55,916 nt of DNA from Nitrobacter sp. 62-13 (GCF_001896955.1 NZ_MKRN01000176.1:8017-63932); one strand, 5' to 3'. Counted from the first letter of the stretch, positions 8,420-18,449 are shown. A program made the numbers and translations. Notes: a model not told the origin generated them from the sequence alone.

Positions 8420-10398
8420 TGCTGGAAAGCGTCGCCGACAACGCATCGATTCTGTCGATCGATGTCGGACTGTGGGTCGGGCTGCTGGTCTGTGCTCGCC
8501 TGCTCAACCCATCGCGGGCGCTCGATCGGATGATCTTCGGCGCGACAGCCGGATCATTGCTCGTGATCTATATCTTCTGGCGCTGGCACGATACCCTGCC
8601 GCGGCTTGCGATGTCCGCACAAAGCCTCTGGCCGCACCTATTCTTTACGCTCGAATTCATCGCGGTCGTCTACACGTTGATGTCGATCGTTATTCTGTTC
8701 CGCAGCATCGATCGGTCCGGACAGGCCGATCTAGCGGAGCGCGAGATGCGCGTCCGCAATGCCTATCCCGCGGTCGATGTCTTCATCTGCACCTATGATG
8801 AGCCGCTTGAGGTGGTCGAGCGCTCCATCCTGACGGCGCTCGAACTCGATTATCCGGATTTCACCGTCTGGGTGCTCGACGACACGCGCAGAAGCTGGCT
8901 TCGCGACTATTGCGGGAAAGCAGGCGCGCGATATATCACGCGGACGGACAACGAGGCGGCGAAGGCCGGCAATCTCAACAACGCCCTCACTTTGACATCC
9001 GCCTCGACGAATGCGCCGATCATTCTGGTTTTGGACGCGGACTTCGCGCCGCAGCGGAACTTATTGAAACGAACGGTCGGCTTACTGGGGGAACCGAACG
9101 TTGCGATCATTCAGACGCCGCAATTCTACTACAACGGCGATCCGATCCAGCACAATCTACTGGCCACGCAAAGCATGGTCGACGACCAGCGATTCTTCTT
9201 TGATGTCTTTCAGCCCGCCAAAGACGCTTGGGGATGCGCATTTTGCGTCGGCACCTCGTTCGTCGTGCGCCGCGATCGTCTGGTTGAGATCGGAGGATTT
9301 CCCACTCAAGCGATCTCGGAAGATATCAATCTGACCTACATGATGCTGGCGCATGGCTATCAGACCTGGTGGCTCAATGAGAAACTGAGTTGCGGATTGT
9401 CGGCCGAAGGCATTCCCGAGTACATCACCCAGCGCAGCCGCTGGTGTCTCGGCACGATCCAGGTTGCGCTGTTGCGCGAAGGTCCGTTATTCGGCCGGGG
9501 GTACTCCGCGATTCAACGGCTGCATTACGTCCATGGGATTCTGAACTGGCTCTGCAAACCGTTTCTGGTTCTGCTTCTGATTGCGCCGATGATGTATTGG
9601 TTTGCCGGTCTGCCGGCATTCGAGGCCGACTACCTGGCATTTCTGCGCTACGGCGCGCCCGCCATTCTGGGCCAGACCATCTACATGGCCTGGATTTCGC
9701 GGTCGCGCACCCTTCCGTTGTTCACGGAGGCGACACACGCGATCGCCTCATTTGCGATTTCCGCGACTCTAATCAGCGCCGTGTTCAAGCCGTTCGGCCG
9801 ACCTTTCAAGATTACCGATAAAGGCGGCGACCGATCTTCGCCGAAACTACGGTGGAAGCTAGCACTGACATTCGGCCTGATTGCGTTTGGCTCGGCAGCG
9901 AGCATTGCGTTGGCTTTCCTTTCTCCCTATGCGGCTAGCGAAATTTCGTCTTTGGACTACTTCAATCTACTATGGGCCGGCATTTCGATGCTCATTGCAT
10001 TCATCGCGTTCGTGACGTGTTTCGAATTGCCGCGAGAGGACACGTGTTTTCCGGTCAACGAGGCCGGCGCGCTAGCACTCGCCGGCGATGATCATGCCAC
10101 TCCCTGCCGCATCACCGCGCTCTCCAGCTTTGCCGTGGAATTAATACGGATGACGGCCCTGCGCCCGCCGGTCGAAGGCGCTCAAGCGTGGCTCTATATG
10201 GGCCAACTGGGGTGGGTCGCGATCACCGTCGCGGCTGCGAACAGGAAAAGCGTCCTTGCAAATCTGCATCTGACCTTCGAGCAGCGAAGGCGGCTCGTGA
10301 CATGGCAGTTCGGATCGCCGCCTGGCAATGTCGCCGAGACCGTGCGCATAACCGGCGCCATCATGGGCCTGGTAAGACGCGGTTTTCGCGGGCGCTAG
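8419..10398 (+). CDS. Cellulose-synthase-like processive GT2 (BgsA/CrdS/BcsA-like)
   Basis: ATG overlaps the upstream stop (TGATG); VDVFICTYDE, DD, KAGNLN, DAD, QTPQ, SED, QRSRW, FKITDK motifs; multiple TMs; C-terminal PilZ-sized domain. Confidence 0.9.
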   Translation: MLESVADNASILSIDVGLWVGLLVCARLLNPSRALDRMIFGATAGSLLVIYIFWRWHDTLPRLAMSAQSLWPHLFFTLEFIAVVYTLMSIVILFRSIDRSGQADLAEREMRVRNAYPAVDVFICTYDEPLEVVERSILTALELDYPDFTVWVLDDTRRSWLRDYCGKAGARYITRTDNEAAKAGNLNNALTLTSASTNAPIILVLDADFAPQRNLLKRTVGLLGEPNVAIIQTPQFYYNGDPIQHNLLATQSMVDDQRFFFDVFQPAKDAWGCAFCVGTSFVVRRDRLVEIGGFPTQAISEDINLTYMMLAHGYQTWWLNEKLSCGLSAEGIPEYITQRSRWCLGTIQVALLREGPLFGRGYSAIQRLHYVHGILNWLCKPFLVLLLIAPMMYWFAGLPAFEADYLAFLRYGAPAILGQTIYMAWISRSRTLPLFTEATHAIASFAISATLISAVFKPFGRPFKITDKGGDRSSPKLRWKLALTFGLIAFGSAASIALAFLSPYAASEISSLDYFNLLWAGISMLIAFIAFVTCFELPREDTCFPVNEAGALALAGDDHATPCRITALSSFAVELIRMTALRPPVEGAQAWLYMGQLGWVAITVAAANRKSVLANLHLTFEQRRRLVTWQFGSPPGNVAETVRITGAIMGLVRRGFRGR

Positions 10399-10496
10399 AG
10401 CAAAAACCTGATTGATCAATCGCCGTCAATCACGCTGACGCAGCGCGGCGTCATTCCGTCCACGAGCGGCTGGTTTTTTTTTGGGTGGGATCTGAA

Positions 10497-10682
10497 TCAG
10501 GCGGTGTGACCGTCGAAATCACCTACGCTTGGTGTGTTCTTTTTTTGCTGAGGCGTCATCTTCGTAGGGCTGTTCTTGCCAGGAACGCCACGCGGCCCGA
10601 GTTGCTCACGCTGAAGATCGTCTTCGGAAAGCGGCGGTTCAACGCCATTCGGCTGCCTATGGTTATCTCTGTTCTCGACCAT
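10497..10682 (-). CDS. Small hydrophilic hypothetical protein
   Basis: AGGAG RBS before ATG 10682; DLQREQLGPRGVPG..MTPQQKKNTP..GHTA. Confidence 0.55.
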   Translation of the reverse strand: MVENRDNHRQPNGVEPPLSEDDLQREQLGPRGVPGKNSPTKMTPQQKKNTPSVGDFDGHTA

Positions 10683-11254
10683 GCACATGCTCCTGGGTTT
10701 TCCGGACTTCGCCTCTTCGTCGTCTTCCTTCCGGGATGGCTGCTGATTTTGCGACGGATCATCCTTCAGCCATTGATGGAAGGTGAACTATCACCGAGTG
10801 CATGAGTTCAAAGGTCTTCGGGAATTTCGGTAAGAGTTCGCAGGGCTGAAGTCATTGGCAGGAACGATCCCGATTAGGAGCGCCTGGTTGGGGGTCATTA
10901 TTTCCGGTTCCTGCCGGGATGAAGGCCCCAGCTCTGGGGACTAGGGAGTTATGAGTGGCCAGTACGGGGTTCGCCTCTGGGCAGGGGCATTGGGAAAACT
11001 TGGTCAGAAGCCTTCGTTGCTGTACGCGGGGAGTTGGATGTGCGCGCATCGCCCCTTGTCAAGATCGGTGAAAGGTGCGGCCGCGGGTAGAATTCGGAGA
11101 GTGACCCTGCCAGTGCCAAGGAGATCAATAGATAGCGCGCGCCGATTGGCGCCGTGGTCGGCCGGACACACCGGCTGAGCGGGCAGGGGAGCCTTCCCGC
11201 AACCTTCCCCATGGCCGCTTAGGGCTCACGCCACCCAGCAGCCAGTGGAGGCCG

Positions 11255-11833
11255 TTGTGCACGCCTCCACGCCACCACGCGGCCGGGGACGCCCCGGCAC
11301 CTCGCTGTCAGCGCGTGCTATCGTCGCCCCGCATCAGCATGCCACGACGACCACGCCAGCCGATTGCGCCCGCCGACGCCGCCAAGGGCGAAGCGGCCGA
11401 GCTGGCGTTCCGCCAGTGGCTCGACGCGGCGGTGCTGCCGCACATCTATGTCGAACAATCACCCCTGACCGTGCCGGTGCCGTTGCGCGGGCAAATCCAA
11501 ACGCCCCGATTACATCGTGGGGATCCCAGCGTCGGCATGGTGGCTTTCGACGTGAAGGCGAAAACCATCTATCCGGAGGGGCTGATATTCGACCTCGACG
11601 AGGTGCGGAAGCTGCGCAACTTCGCCCGGCTGTTTGACTGCACCGTCTATTTTGCCTGCCTCAATCCCGAGGGCGGCGAGCGCCCCGGCTATTGGGTACG
11701 CCTCGACCAGCTCGACGACGTGCCAGCGGTACGGCGCGGCAAGGTGCTGACATTGTGCATCGAGCGAGCGTTGCCGGTGTCGATGGATGAGCCATTCTAT
11801 GCGGCGTTCGTTCGAGCTGTTGCGTTGAACTGA
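11255..11833 (+). pseudogene. PD-(D/E)xK nuclease-like gene with compensating +1/-1 frameshifts
   Basis: KGEAAE and FDVKAK are in the main frame, but KRPDYIVGIP lies in a shifted frame at 11499-11528; true start uncertain. Confidence 0.6.
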
Positions 11834-11913
11834 GGGCGTGCCTTCACACGACGGGCTTTAAACTGCGTTCGGAGCTGCTGCGCTATCTCCGCCCTCCGGG
11901 TGACAATCCCTCA

Positions 11914-12072
11914 CGCAATAGCCCGCGCAGGCCGCTAGCGTTCAAGCCCGGCCTGCGGCTCCAGGTGTTCGCCTCGGCACCACAAGGGCAGGGGGCTTGA
12001 GCGCGCGCCTTGCGCGGGCAAGAGGCTGGCCATGGCCCTAAGCCGGAATCCGGCCGGGCCGAGTCTTTACAA
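11914..12072. repeat. 159-bp direct repeat, copy 1 (long hairpin)
   Basis: Differs from 13594-13752 at 6 positions by eye; internal inverted symmetry over 11921-12019. Confidence 0.95.
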
Positions 12073-12597
12073 CAACAGGGGGTGGCGTGGTGCTGGGCAG
12101 TCGCGTTGTCTGGCCTTGGCGGTCACATGCCAGTCAAGGTGACGCGCCCACAAAAACGGCGCAGAATAAGGAATGGCGCTTCCGTTCTACTCAATCGGCC
12201 ATTCGGGCCGTCGTCAGCGGGTGTGAAGCCGCCAGTTCAGAGGCGTCTTTACCATCTGCACACTTTGTCGCATTCCGTTGAATTCGGCGGTGCTGTCCCC
12301 ATATTGAAGTCATGCTCCAGCGATACGATTTCCAAGTTTGACGTGACCGCTCCTTCGCTTGCGAAGGCATAGAGCAGACCCTCCCGTATCCAGAAACGTA
12401 ACCCGCTACGCTAGCACCAGTCGGTGCCAGCGCGGCGCAAGATTGCGCGAGGTGTGAAGATGATGCTGATAAGTATGGGCAGTGTGCTTCTGGCTTGGGC
12501 GGCTTTCATTTGGCTCTACGATCCAGATGGCCTTCGAGAACCTTTACGTCCGACGCTGCGCGAAAGCCGCAAATGAGATATTAGCAGGAGATTGATC

Positions 12598-12897
12598 GTG
12601 ATTACGGGATCACAGTGCCGTGCTGCTCGCGCGCTCGTTGAGATTTCAAGGCCGATGCTGGCGAGACGCTCGGAAGTCAGCGTGGACGCCATCGAGCGGT
12701 TCGAGAATGTCTCCGGGTCGCTGAAGCGCACCGAAATCCAGGCAATACGAGAAACCCTGGAAAAACTCGGGGCGGTTTTCATCCCGGAAAACGGCTCGGG
12801 TTATGGCGTGCGCTTGAAATTCAACAACCTGGAGGCCGCAGAAATCGCGCGCTTCGAATGCGAAGGTGGATTGGTCGCTGATGATCGGGTTCCGTAA
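12598..12897 (+). CDS. XRE-family HTH transcriptional regulator
   Basis: ITGSQCRAARAL..LARRSEVSVDAIERFE..IRETLEKLGAVFIPENGSGYGVRL; AGGAG RBS before GTG. Confidence 0.85.
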   Translation: MITGSQCRAARALVEISRPMLARRSEVSVDAIERFENVSGSLKRTEIQAIRETLEKLGAVFIPENGSGYGVRLKFNNLEAAEIARFECEGGLVADDRVP

Positions 12898-13103
12898 AGC
12901 GTAAATCACCTTTCACCAACCGGTGCGGCAGATCACGGATGTACTGACTGTCGCCCAGCCCCGCTTGAGATAGCGGGGCACCCATCGGCGGCGGGGTCAT
13001 GCCATCGTCGCTCAAATCTTCCGAAGCCCTGACTCGCGTCGCGAACCGCAATTCAGCGGGACGCGTTCCGTGGGCGGGTCGTTTACCCAGGAAAGGAGAA
13101 GCT

Positions 13104-13460
13104 ATGGCTGTGAAAAGAAAAACCTCGCATCTGCGCCCTAGTAGGAAACTATCTGGGAAGGCTGTCTATGGGGCCAAGGGGGGGAAGATCGGTTCGATCA
13201 AGCACGTGTTGGTGGACGAGAAGAAGCGAAAGATTGCCTACGCCGTACTGGGCACCGGCGGATTCTTTGGCGACGCTCACTACATGGTGCCTTGGAAGGT
13301 GCTGAGGTACGATGCCGATCGGGGAGCGTACAGCTCCGACATCAGTGAGAACCGGTTGAAAGGTCGCCCGAAGCACGGCGTGGAGACCATATTTGACCTG
13401 AACGCTCGATACGCCACGCTCCACCCTCGCAATAACGAGTTCGTGGTGCATCCGGGCTAA
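13104..13460 (+). CDS. PRC-barrel domain protein
   Basis: LSGKAVYGAKGGKIGSIKHVLVD..IAYAVLGTGGFFG..MVPWKVLRYD; AAGGAG RBS; EcfG-like motifs at 13042-13083. Confidence 0.85.
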   Translation: MAVKRKTSHLRPSRKLSGKAVYGAKGGKIGSIKHVLVDEKKRKIAYAVLGTGGFFGDAHYMVPWKVLRYDADRGAYSSDISENRLKGRPKHGVETIFDLNARYATLHPRNNEFVVHPG

Positions 13461-13593
13461 GCACTGATTATTGGTACCCGCCGGGACATCCCGGCGGGTT
13501 TTGCTGACCCACTGTGACTCTCACCTTCTAGAATATCGCGGGTGTCCTCTATGTCGAACGGTGGACATCAGGGCGCTCAACTCGATATCGTCG

Positions 13594-13752
13594 CGCAATA
13601 GCCCGCGCAGGCCGCTGGCGTTCAAGCCCTGCCTGCGGCTCCAGGTGTTCGCCTCGGCACCACAAGGGCAGGGGGCTTGAGCGCGCGCCTTGTGCGGGCA
13701 AGGGGCTGGCCATGACCCTTAGCCGGAATCCGGCCGGGCCGAGTCTTTACAA
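13594..13752. repeat. 159-bp direct repeat, copy 2 (long hairpin)
   Basis: Near-identical to 11914-12072, offset 1680 bp. Confidence 0.95.
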
Positions 13753-13856
13753 ATGTGCACCAAAGTCCACCTACCGCGTTGCTGCGCATCAGTTCATTGT
13801 GGCGTGATGGCAGAGCGCACAAAGGCCCCGAAAAAAGGCGGCTATCTCCATGAAAG

Positions 13857-14681
13857 CTACGGGACCGAACGGCGATCAGGAAACTGAACCTGGAGAGCAG
13901 GCGAGCCTGATGTCAGAACGAGCTTCGCCGGCGTTCGGTCGCTCAACGCCTCGTAATGACGGAGATATTCCTGCGCCATTCGGCGTATGGTGAATCTTTT
14001 TTCGAAATGTCTGCGCACTTGACGTTGGTCGAGCTCGGAAAGCCGTGCAATCGCCTGTATAGCCTCTGCTTCCCCGGGCACGACGAAGCCAGTGATGCCT
14101 TCATCGAGGACCTCCGGCACCGAGCCGGAGTTGAAGGCAATGACCGGCGTACCGCAGGCCAATGACTCGATCATTACGAGACCAAACTGTTCAGGCCAAT
14201 CGATCGGAAACTGCAATGCAGCCGCGCCCGCCAGAAACTGCCGTTTTGTTTGATCATTGACCTCGCCGATGAGCTGGATCTGATCGCCATCGATCTGCGG
14301 ATCAATCTCTTCCTTGAAATATTTCCTTTCCTCTCGCGGCACCTTGGCGGCAATAAGAAGCGGCATTTTGGCGGCGCGCGCGATCCGAATGGCGGCATCC
14401 GGTCCTTTTTCCGTCGTCAGCCGACCCAGGAACGCGAGGTAGGAGCCAGCCTCGAAGGAAGGGCTGAACAGCTCGGCGGGCAAGCCATAGTAAATGGTGC
14501 CGATCCAGTTGGCCTCACGTAAGGGAGCGCGCTGATTATCTGATATCGAAACGAACGGGGCATTGGGAAAGCGGCAGCGGAAAAGGATACCGCGCGCGTC
14601 TACCGAGCGCGCGAGGCGCATCTGCTCAGGCTTAAGCACGATGCCTTTGAGGAGGTGCGTGAGGTAGTCGTGGTCGTTCAT
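13857..14681 (-). pseudogene. 5'-truncated family 4 glycosyltransferase
   Basis: C-terminal GT-B half (YLAFLGR..EKG, WPEQFGLVMIESLACGTPVIAF) is present; the N-terminal domain is largely replaced by unrelated sequence. Confidence 0.7.
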
Positions 14682-15170
14682 AGGCGCGATGAAGCACGTC
14701 TGAAGTGTACCACGCGCATATGAGCCGTGCGGAATCGAACCGCAGCCGCTCCGGATAAGTCGACCAGACTATGAAGCATGCCGAATTGCACGGCGCAGGG
14801 GGATCGAACTCCTGCTACCCGTTGCGCGCGTTCAAAGATTGGACGGGCGGCGAACCTTCCGGCTCATTATAGGGCCGAGGAAAGCCGTCTCATGCATATG
14901 CGGCAGACCGCGTGCCGCTAATTCTGCGCGAGGCGCGCCGTACATTCGGTGCAGTAGCGGAAGCCGACAGGCGCGGTGCCCGCCATCTGCCTGAGTTTGA
15001 AGCTTTGGCCCGGCTGGGTGCAGCGGGTCATGCGTCTCAGGATAGCACGTGGACCAAAGCCGTTACCCCTCGCGATGGCCCATCACGCGCCCGTGAGCGG
15101 CCGCGTTAGGAACGGTCACAGCGCGGTCAGGTTGTTTGCTCCTGAACAGGCATGGAGCGCGGCTATGGTA

Positions 15171-15368
15171 ATGCCGGAAGACAATCCTCCCCCCAGGAGA
15201 CCGACCAATTTTCAGCGCATGAACAGCACGACCGGCTGGGCCATCGTGGGCGCCGTAACCCTTATAGTGCTCGCACTCATATTCCTCTCCACCGGGCGCC
15301 ACACGTCTACGAATACCGGCGAGCATCCGCCGAACACCACGACGCAGCCCGAGCGCAGCACCCGATAA
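15171..15368 (+). CDS. Small single-TM protein
   Basis: MPEDNPPP..GWAIVGAVTLIVLALIFL; GGAAC-N17-GTT at 15109-15133. Confidence 0.6.
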   Translation: MPEDNPPPRRPTNFQRMNSTTGWAIVGAVTLIVLALIFLSTGRHTSTNTGEHPPNTTTQPERSTR

Positions 15369-15448
15369 GTTCGCGAGAAAGGCTGCAACCGACGAAAGCC
15401 GTCGGCGCCTGCAAGGGGCTGGCGGCTTCCTCGGCACTTAGCTCTGCT

Positions 15449-15631
15449 CTACGGAACGATGTCGCTTCTGCCCGGGGGCGCATACTTGATGTTCTCGTCG
15501 CCGCCCTTCTTGATCTTCTCGTCCATCTCTTTCCGCTTCTCTTCCGTGAGCTGCTCCAGGGTCTTGCCGTGGGTTTCCTTCGGGTCGACCTTCGGCTGTC
15601 CGGCCGGCGGGAATTCCGTCTTGCTACCCAT
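15449..15631 (-). CDS. Small hydrophilic protein (60 aa)
   Basis: Charged sequence; GGAAC-N17-GTT on the minus strand at 15658-15682. Confidence 0.6.
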   Translation of the reverse strand: MGSKTEFPPAGQPKVDPKETHGKTLEQLTEEKRKEMDEKIKKGGDENIKYAPPGRSDIVP

Positions 15632-15792
15632 GATCGTTGAGAGGCATCATGGGAAACAACCGGCGCCGCCGCGAGGCGTTCCTGCGGGTGCGTCAATTGG
15701 AGCCGGCTTCCTGAGGCAAAAAGTTTTGCCCGTTCGCCTGAACTTTGCATCCGCCCATGCATTAGCCCGGCCAAGCAAACAGGGAGAGTTCT

Positions 15793-15969
15793 ATGTCGAA
15801 CCCGAACGCGAAAGTGGACCACAGCGCGAAGGCGCCGCTGAAATCGGACATGAAAGCGGGCGTGCAGGAAAACCAGCAGCCCGGCGTGAAGATCCCGACG
15901 AAGCGCGATGAAGAAAAGCCCAAGGGCACCACTATGGGCGAGGGCAGGGACTCAGGCTCCCACACCTGA
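15793..15969 (+). CDS. Small hydrophilic protein (58 aa, below the ORF-track cutoff)
   Basis: AGGGAG RBS; MSNPNAKVDHSAKAPLKSDMKAGVQENQQPGVKIPTKRDEEKPKGTTMGEGRDSGSHT. Confidence 0.55.
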   Translation: MSNPNAKVDHSAKAPLKSDMKAGVQENQQPGVKIPTKRDEEKPKGTTMGEGRDSGSHT

Positions 15970-16513
15970 TTCCCTGAAACATCCCTCATAGAGGCATGAT
16001 GAGCAGCTCGACGCGCGGGTAGACATGCGCGTCGACCCGTGTCGGGCCATCGAGCACGGGCCCTGCGGGTGGGTATCGAAGGCATAAGGCTCGAAGAACG
16101 CTGCAGAATGATCGGATTGGCCAAGAAGTCCTGCCCAATGCATCCACTATTCTGGTTTATCTCGGCTTCGCATCGCGCAAGAGGTAGAACTTCGCTTTAA
16201 CACTTGCGACCGAAGTCCGCTTGAGGACGCCGAACTGCCCCTCCTATCCGCAGTGAAGCGTGACGGGGATGACGAATCCTTTGGTAGCTAACACGATGAG
16301 TCGGCGTCCTGTCTGTGACATATCCAGATAAGCGCGAACCTGAGAGCGGTGTTCGATCGTCACTGGTGTAGGATTGAGCCGACAGGGTGACGAAGGCCGC
16401 ACTTGAGGCTGGGCTATTTAGCTGGCTGGACGATCGGACGCGCTTAGCGAGCGCAATAGCAACATGAGTGCGCTCACTCACGCGCAGAAGGTTCGGCCGG
16501 GCTGCCGGTGCGA

Positions 16514-17947
16514 TTAAATAATGCCGATCGTGCGGCCCGACCGTACAAAACCAAATCCCTCGCGTTGCCACGCCATTCCTTGGATGAGCGCATCGACCTG
16601 ATCGTCGTGTCGGCCGGGAAAGGCAAGAAGTTCGTTTTCGAAGTCCTCGAGCCATGGAGCATTTTCTGGAAAGAACACGGACCCACCTTCAAATAGATCA
16701 CTCTGTGAAATCACCCGAGCCCGTTTGTCTCTGTCGGGCCGGAAAGTGACTACATTGATGCGCGATTCTTGCAATGATTGGATGAGGCCATGGCTGATTG
16801 GAGAATCCTCAATAAGCAATGTTGAGCCAGGATAGATTTGCTTTTGTTCCATAATTTTGCGCTTGAGTTGATCGAAGGGAAATTTTCCCCGCACAACATC
16901 GAGGACATAAAACGTTTCCTCTCGGCAGAGCAGCACGACGCCCACCGAAAAATCTCCGGCTTCAGTTTCGCTAAGTGCGATGTCCCAGCTAATTAGAATA
17001 CGATCGCGCGGTTCGCGACTCAACTGACCGTATCGCTTGAACCATCTTTTCTTGATGATCCGGCCACCGGGAGGAATAGGAGACTGCTGGTATTGCGCAG
17101 AAAATGCATAAGATCCCATGCTTTTCTTGAGATCGCGCAGCACCTCGGCCGGTTCGTGGGCGGGATGAAGCAACTCCCCCTTTCGGCGCGTGTAAATACC
17201 ACCCGCGCCAAGTTCATAGGAGGCATCCGACTGCGCGATCGCCGGAAGATTTAAGACTTCAAATCCGCCCTGTTCCAAAAGATAACCAACTAGATCTTCT
17301 TCGTGAACTCGTTGCATGACAACGACAATGCGGGCGGCCATCTTATCGTCGGGTCGCGTCACCAACGTCGAGCGATACCATTCTATACTGCGAGTGCGGG
17401 CTGCTTCCGAATGGGCGTCGTTGGGTTTGAGTGGATCATCAATGATGACGAGGTTACCGCCGCGTCCTGTCAATGTTCCCTCGATCGAGGTCGCGTAGCG
17501 CCGTCCGCGTAGCGTGGTATGGATCTCACTATCGGTGTCACGAGAGACCCTCATTGCCGGAAATGTGGCCTGGTAGATCGGGTCACTCACGATCTTGCGA
17601 AAATCGTTCGCGTGGGTTTTCGCGAGCGAATCGGAATAGGAAACAGCGACGACCCTTTCTGAGGGATGATGACCAAGAAACCAGGCAGGCAGCGCAACGG
17701 AAGCGCAGATGGATTTAAGATTGCGTGGTGGGAGGGTGATAATGAGTCGCTTGATTTGGCCTGACTCTACCTGAGCTAATTTATGAGCCATCGCCTCGAT
17801 ATGCCAATTGGGTCGAAATGGCGTGCCCGGTCGAAGAACTCCAAAGGTAAATTCAATAAAAGCACAGAAATCACGCGCTAGCGTTGCGCGCAGCACAAGT
17901 TGGGGAGGGATTTCTGCGCCATTAAAGGCAGTTGATATGTGACTCAT
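16514..17947 (-). CDS. Phage terminase large subunit
   Basis: LPPRNLKS Walker A variant, VIIDDP Walker B, MQR motif, RNase-H-like nuclease with SWDIA and DDQVDA. Confidence 0.9.
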   Translation of the reverse strand: MSHISTAFNGAEIPPQLVLRATLARDFCAFIEFTFGVLRPGTPFRPNWHIEAMAHKLAQVESGQIKRLIITLPPRNLKSICASVALPAWFLGHHPSERVVAVSYSDSLAKTHANDFRKIVSDPIYQATFPAMRVSRDTDSEIHTTLRGRRYATSIEGTLTGRGGNLVIIDDPLKPNDAHSEAARTRSIEWYRSTLVTRPDDKMAARIVVVMQRVHEEDLVGYLLEQGGFEVLNLPAIAQSDASYELGAGGIYTRRKGELLHPAHEPAEVLRDLKKSMGSYAFSAQYQQSPIPPGGRIIKKRWFKRYGQLSREPRDRILISWDIALSETEAGDFSVGVVLLCREETFYVLDVVRGKFPFDQLKRKIMEQKQIYPGSTLLIEDSPISHGLIQSLQESRINVVTFRPDRDKRARVISQSDLFEGGSVFFPENAPWLEDFENELLAFPGRHDDQVDALIQGMAWQREGFGFVRSGRTIGII

Positions 17948-17948
17948 A

Positions 17949-18449
17949 TTAGCGCTTTTCATCCACGTCGTTATCGAGCAAATCGACCGGCGCAATCACG
18001 CGCTCATCTTTATGTCGTTCGTCGGACGGTCGTTGACGAGCTAAATAGGCGTCCAGGATCTCCTGGTGGGTTGGTGTCAGCGCTTCTTTGAGAGCCTCTG
18101 CCTTACCGGTAAGGTCGATGCCCAGCAGCTCAGAAAACATAAAAACGTCACGCCGCGCGTGGCGATCACCCTTGGCGAACTGGTTTGCCAGTTGCTCGAA
18201 GCCCAGCGCAAGCTTCGCTAGGGTCACGGGTTGACCGTTACGCATCAGCGAAACCTTTTCGTTTAACGCACCTTCGAAAAGCCTCTTCACATCTGCGAAT
18301 ACGGAATCTTTTCGGGGACGTCCTTTTGGATTAGGCGAGGGACCTCCTTTTTTCCAGCGTGTTGCTTTCGGCGGGCGGCCAGGACCAACCGTGGAGTCAT
18401 CAGAGGATGGGTCCGGGAGAACGGGCTGAGGCCGGAGATCGTCATCCAT
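17949..18449 (-). CDS. DUF5681 family protein (possible terminase small-subunit analogue)
   Basis: VGPGRPPKATRWKKGGPSPNPKGRPRK motif; start overlaps the end of the methyltransferase gene. Confidence 0.8.
   Translation of the reverse strand: MDDDLRPQPVLPDPSSDDSTVGPGRPPKATRWKKGGPSPNPKGRPRKDSVFADVKRLFEGALNEKVSLMRNGQPVTLAKLALGFEQLANQFAKGDRHARRDVFMFSELLGIDLTGKAEALKEALTPTHQEILDAYLARQRPSDERHKDERVIAPVDLLDNDVDEKR

Noticed and set aside
8419-10398. Calling the GT2 bcsA or crdS
   Set aside because: Partner genes for cellulose or curdlan synthesis are absent, and linkage specificity cannot be read from the sequence
10473-10482. T10 tract as a phase-variation site
   Set aside because: Lies between convergent gene ends; more likely part of a terminator
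11914-13752. CRISPR array or IS termini
   Set aside because: Only two long repeats, no spacer series, no cas gene or transposase, and the repeats are direct rather than terminal inverted
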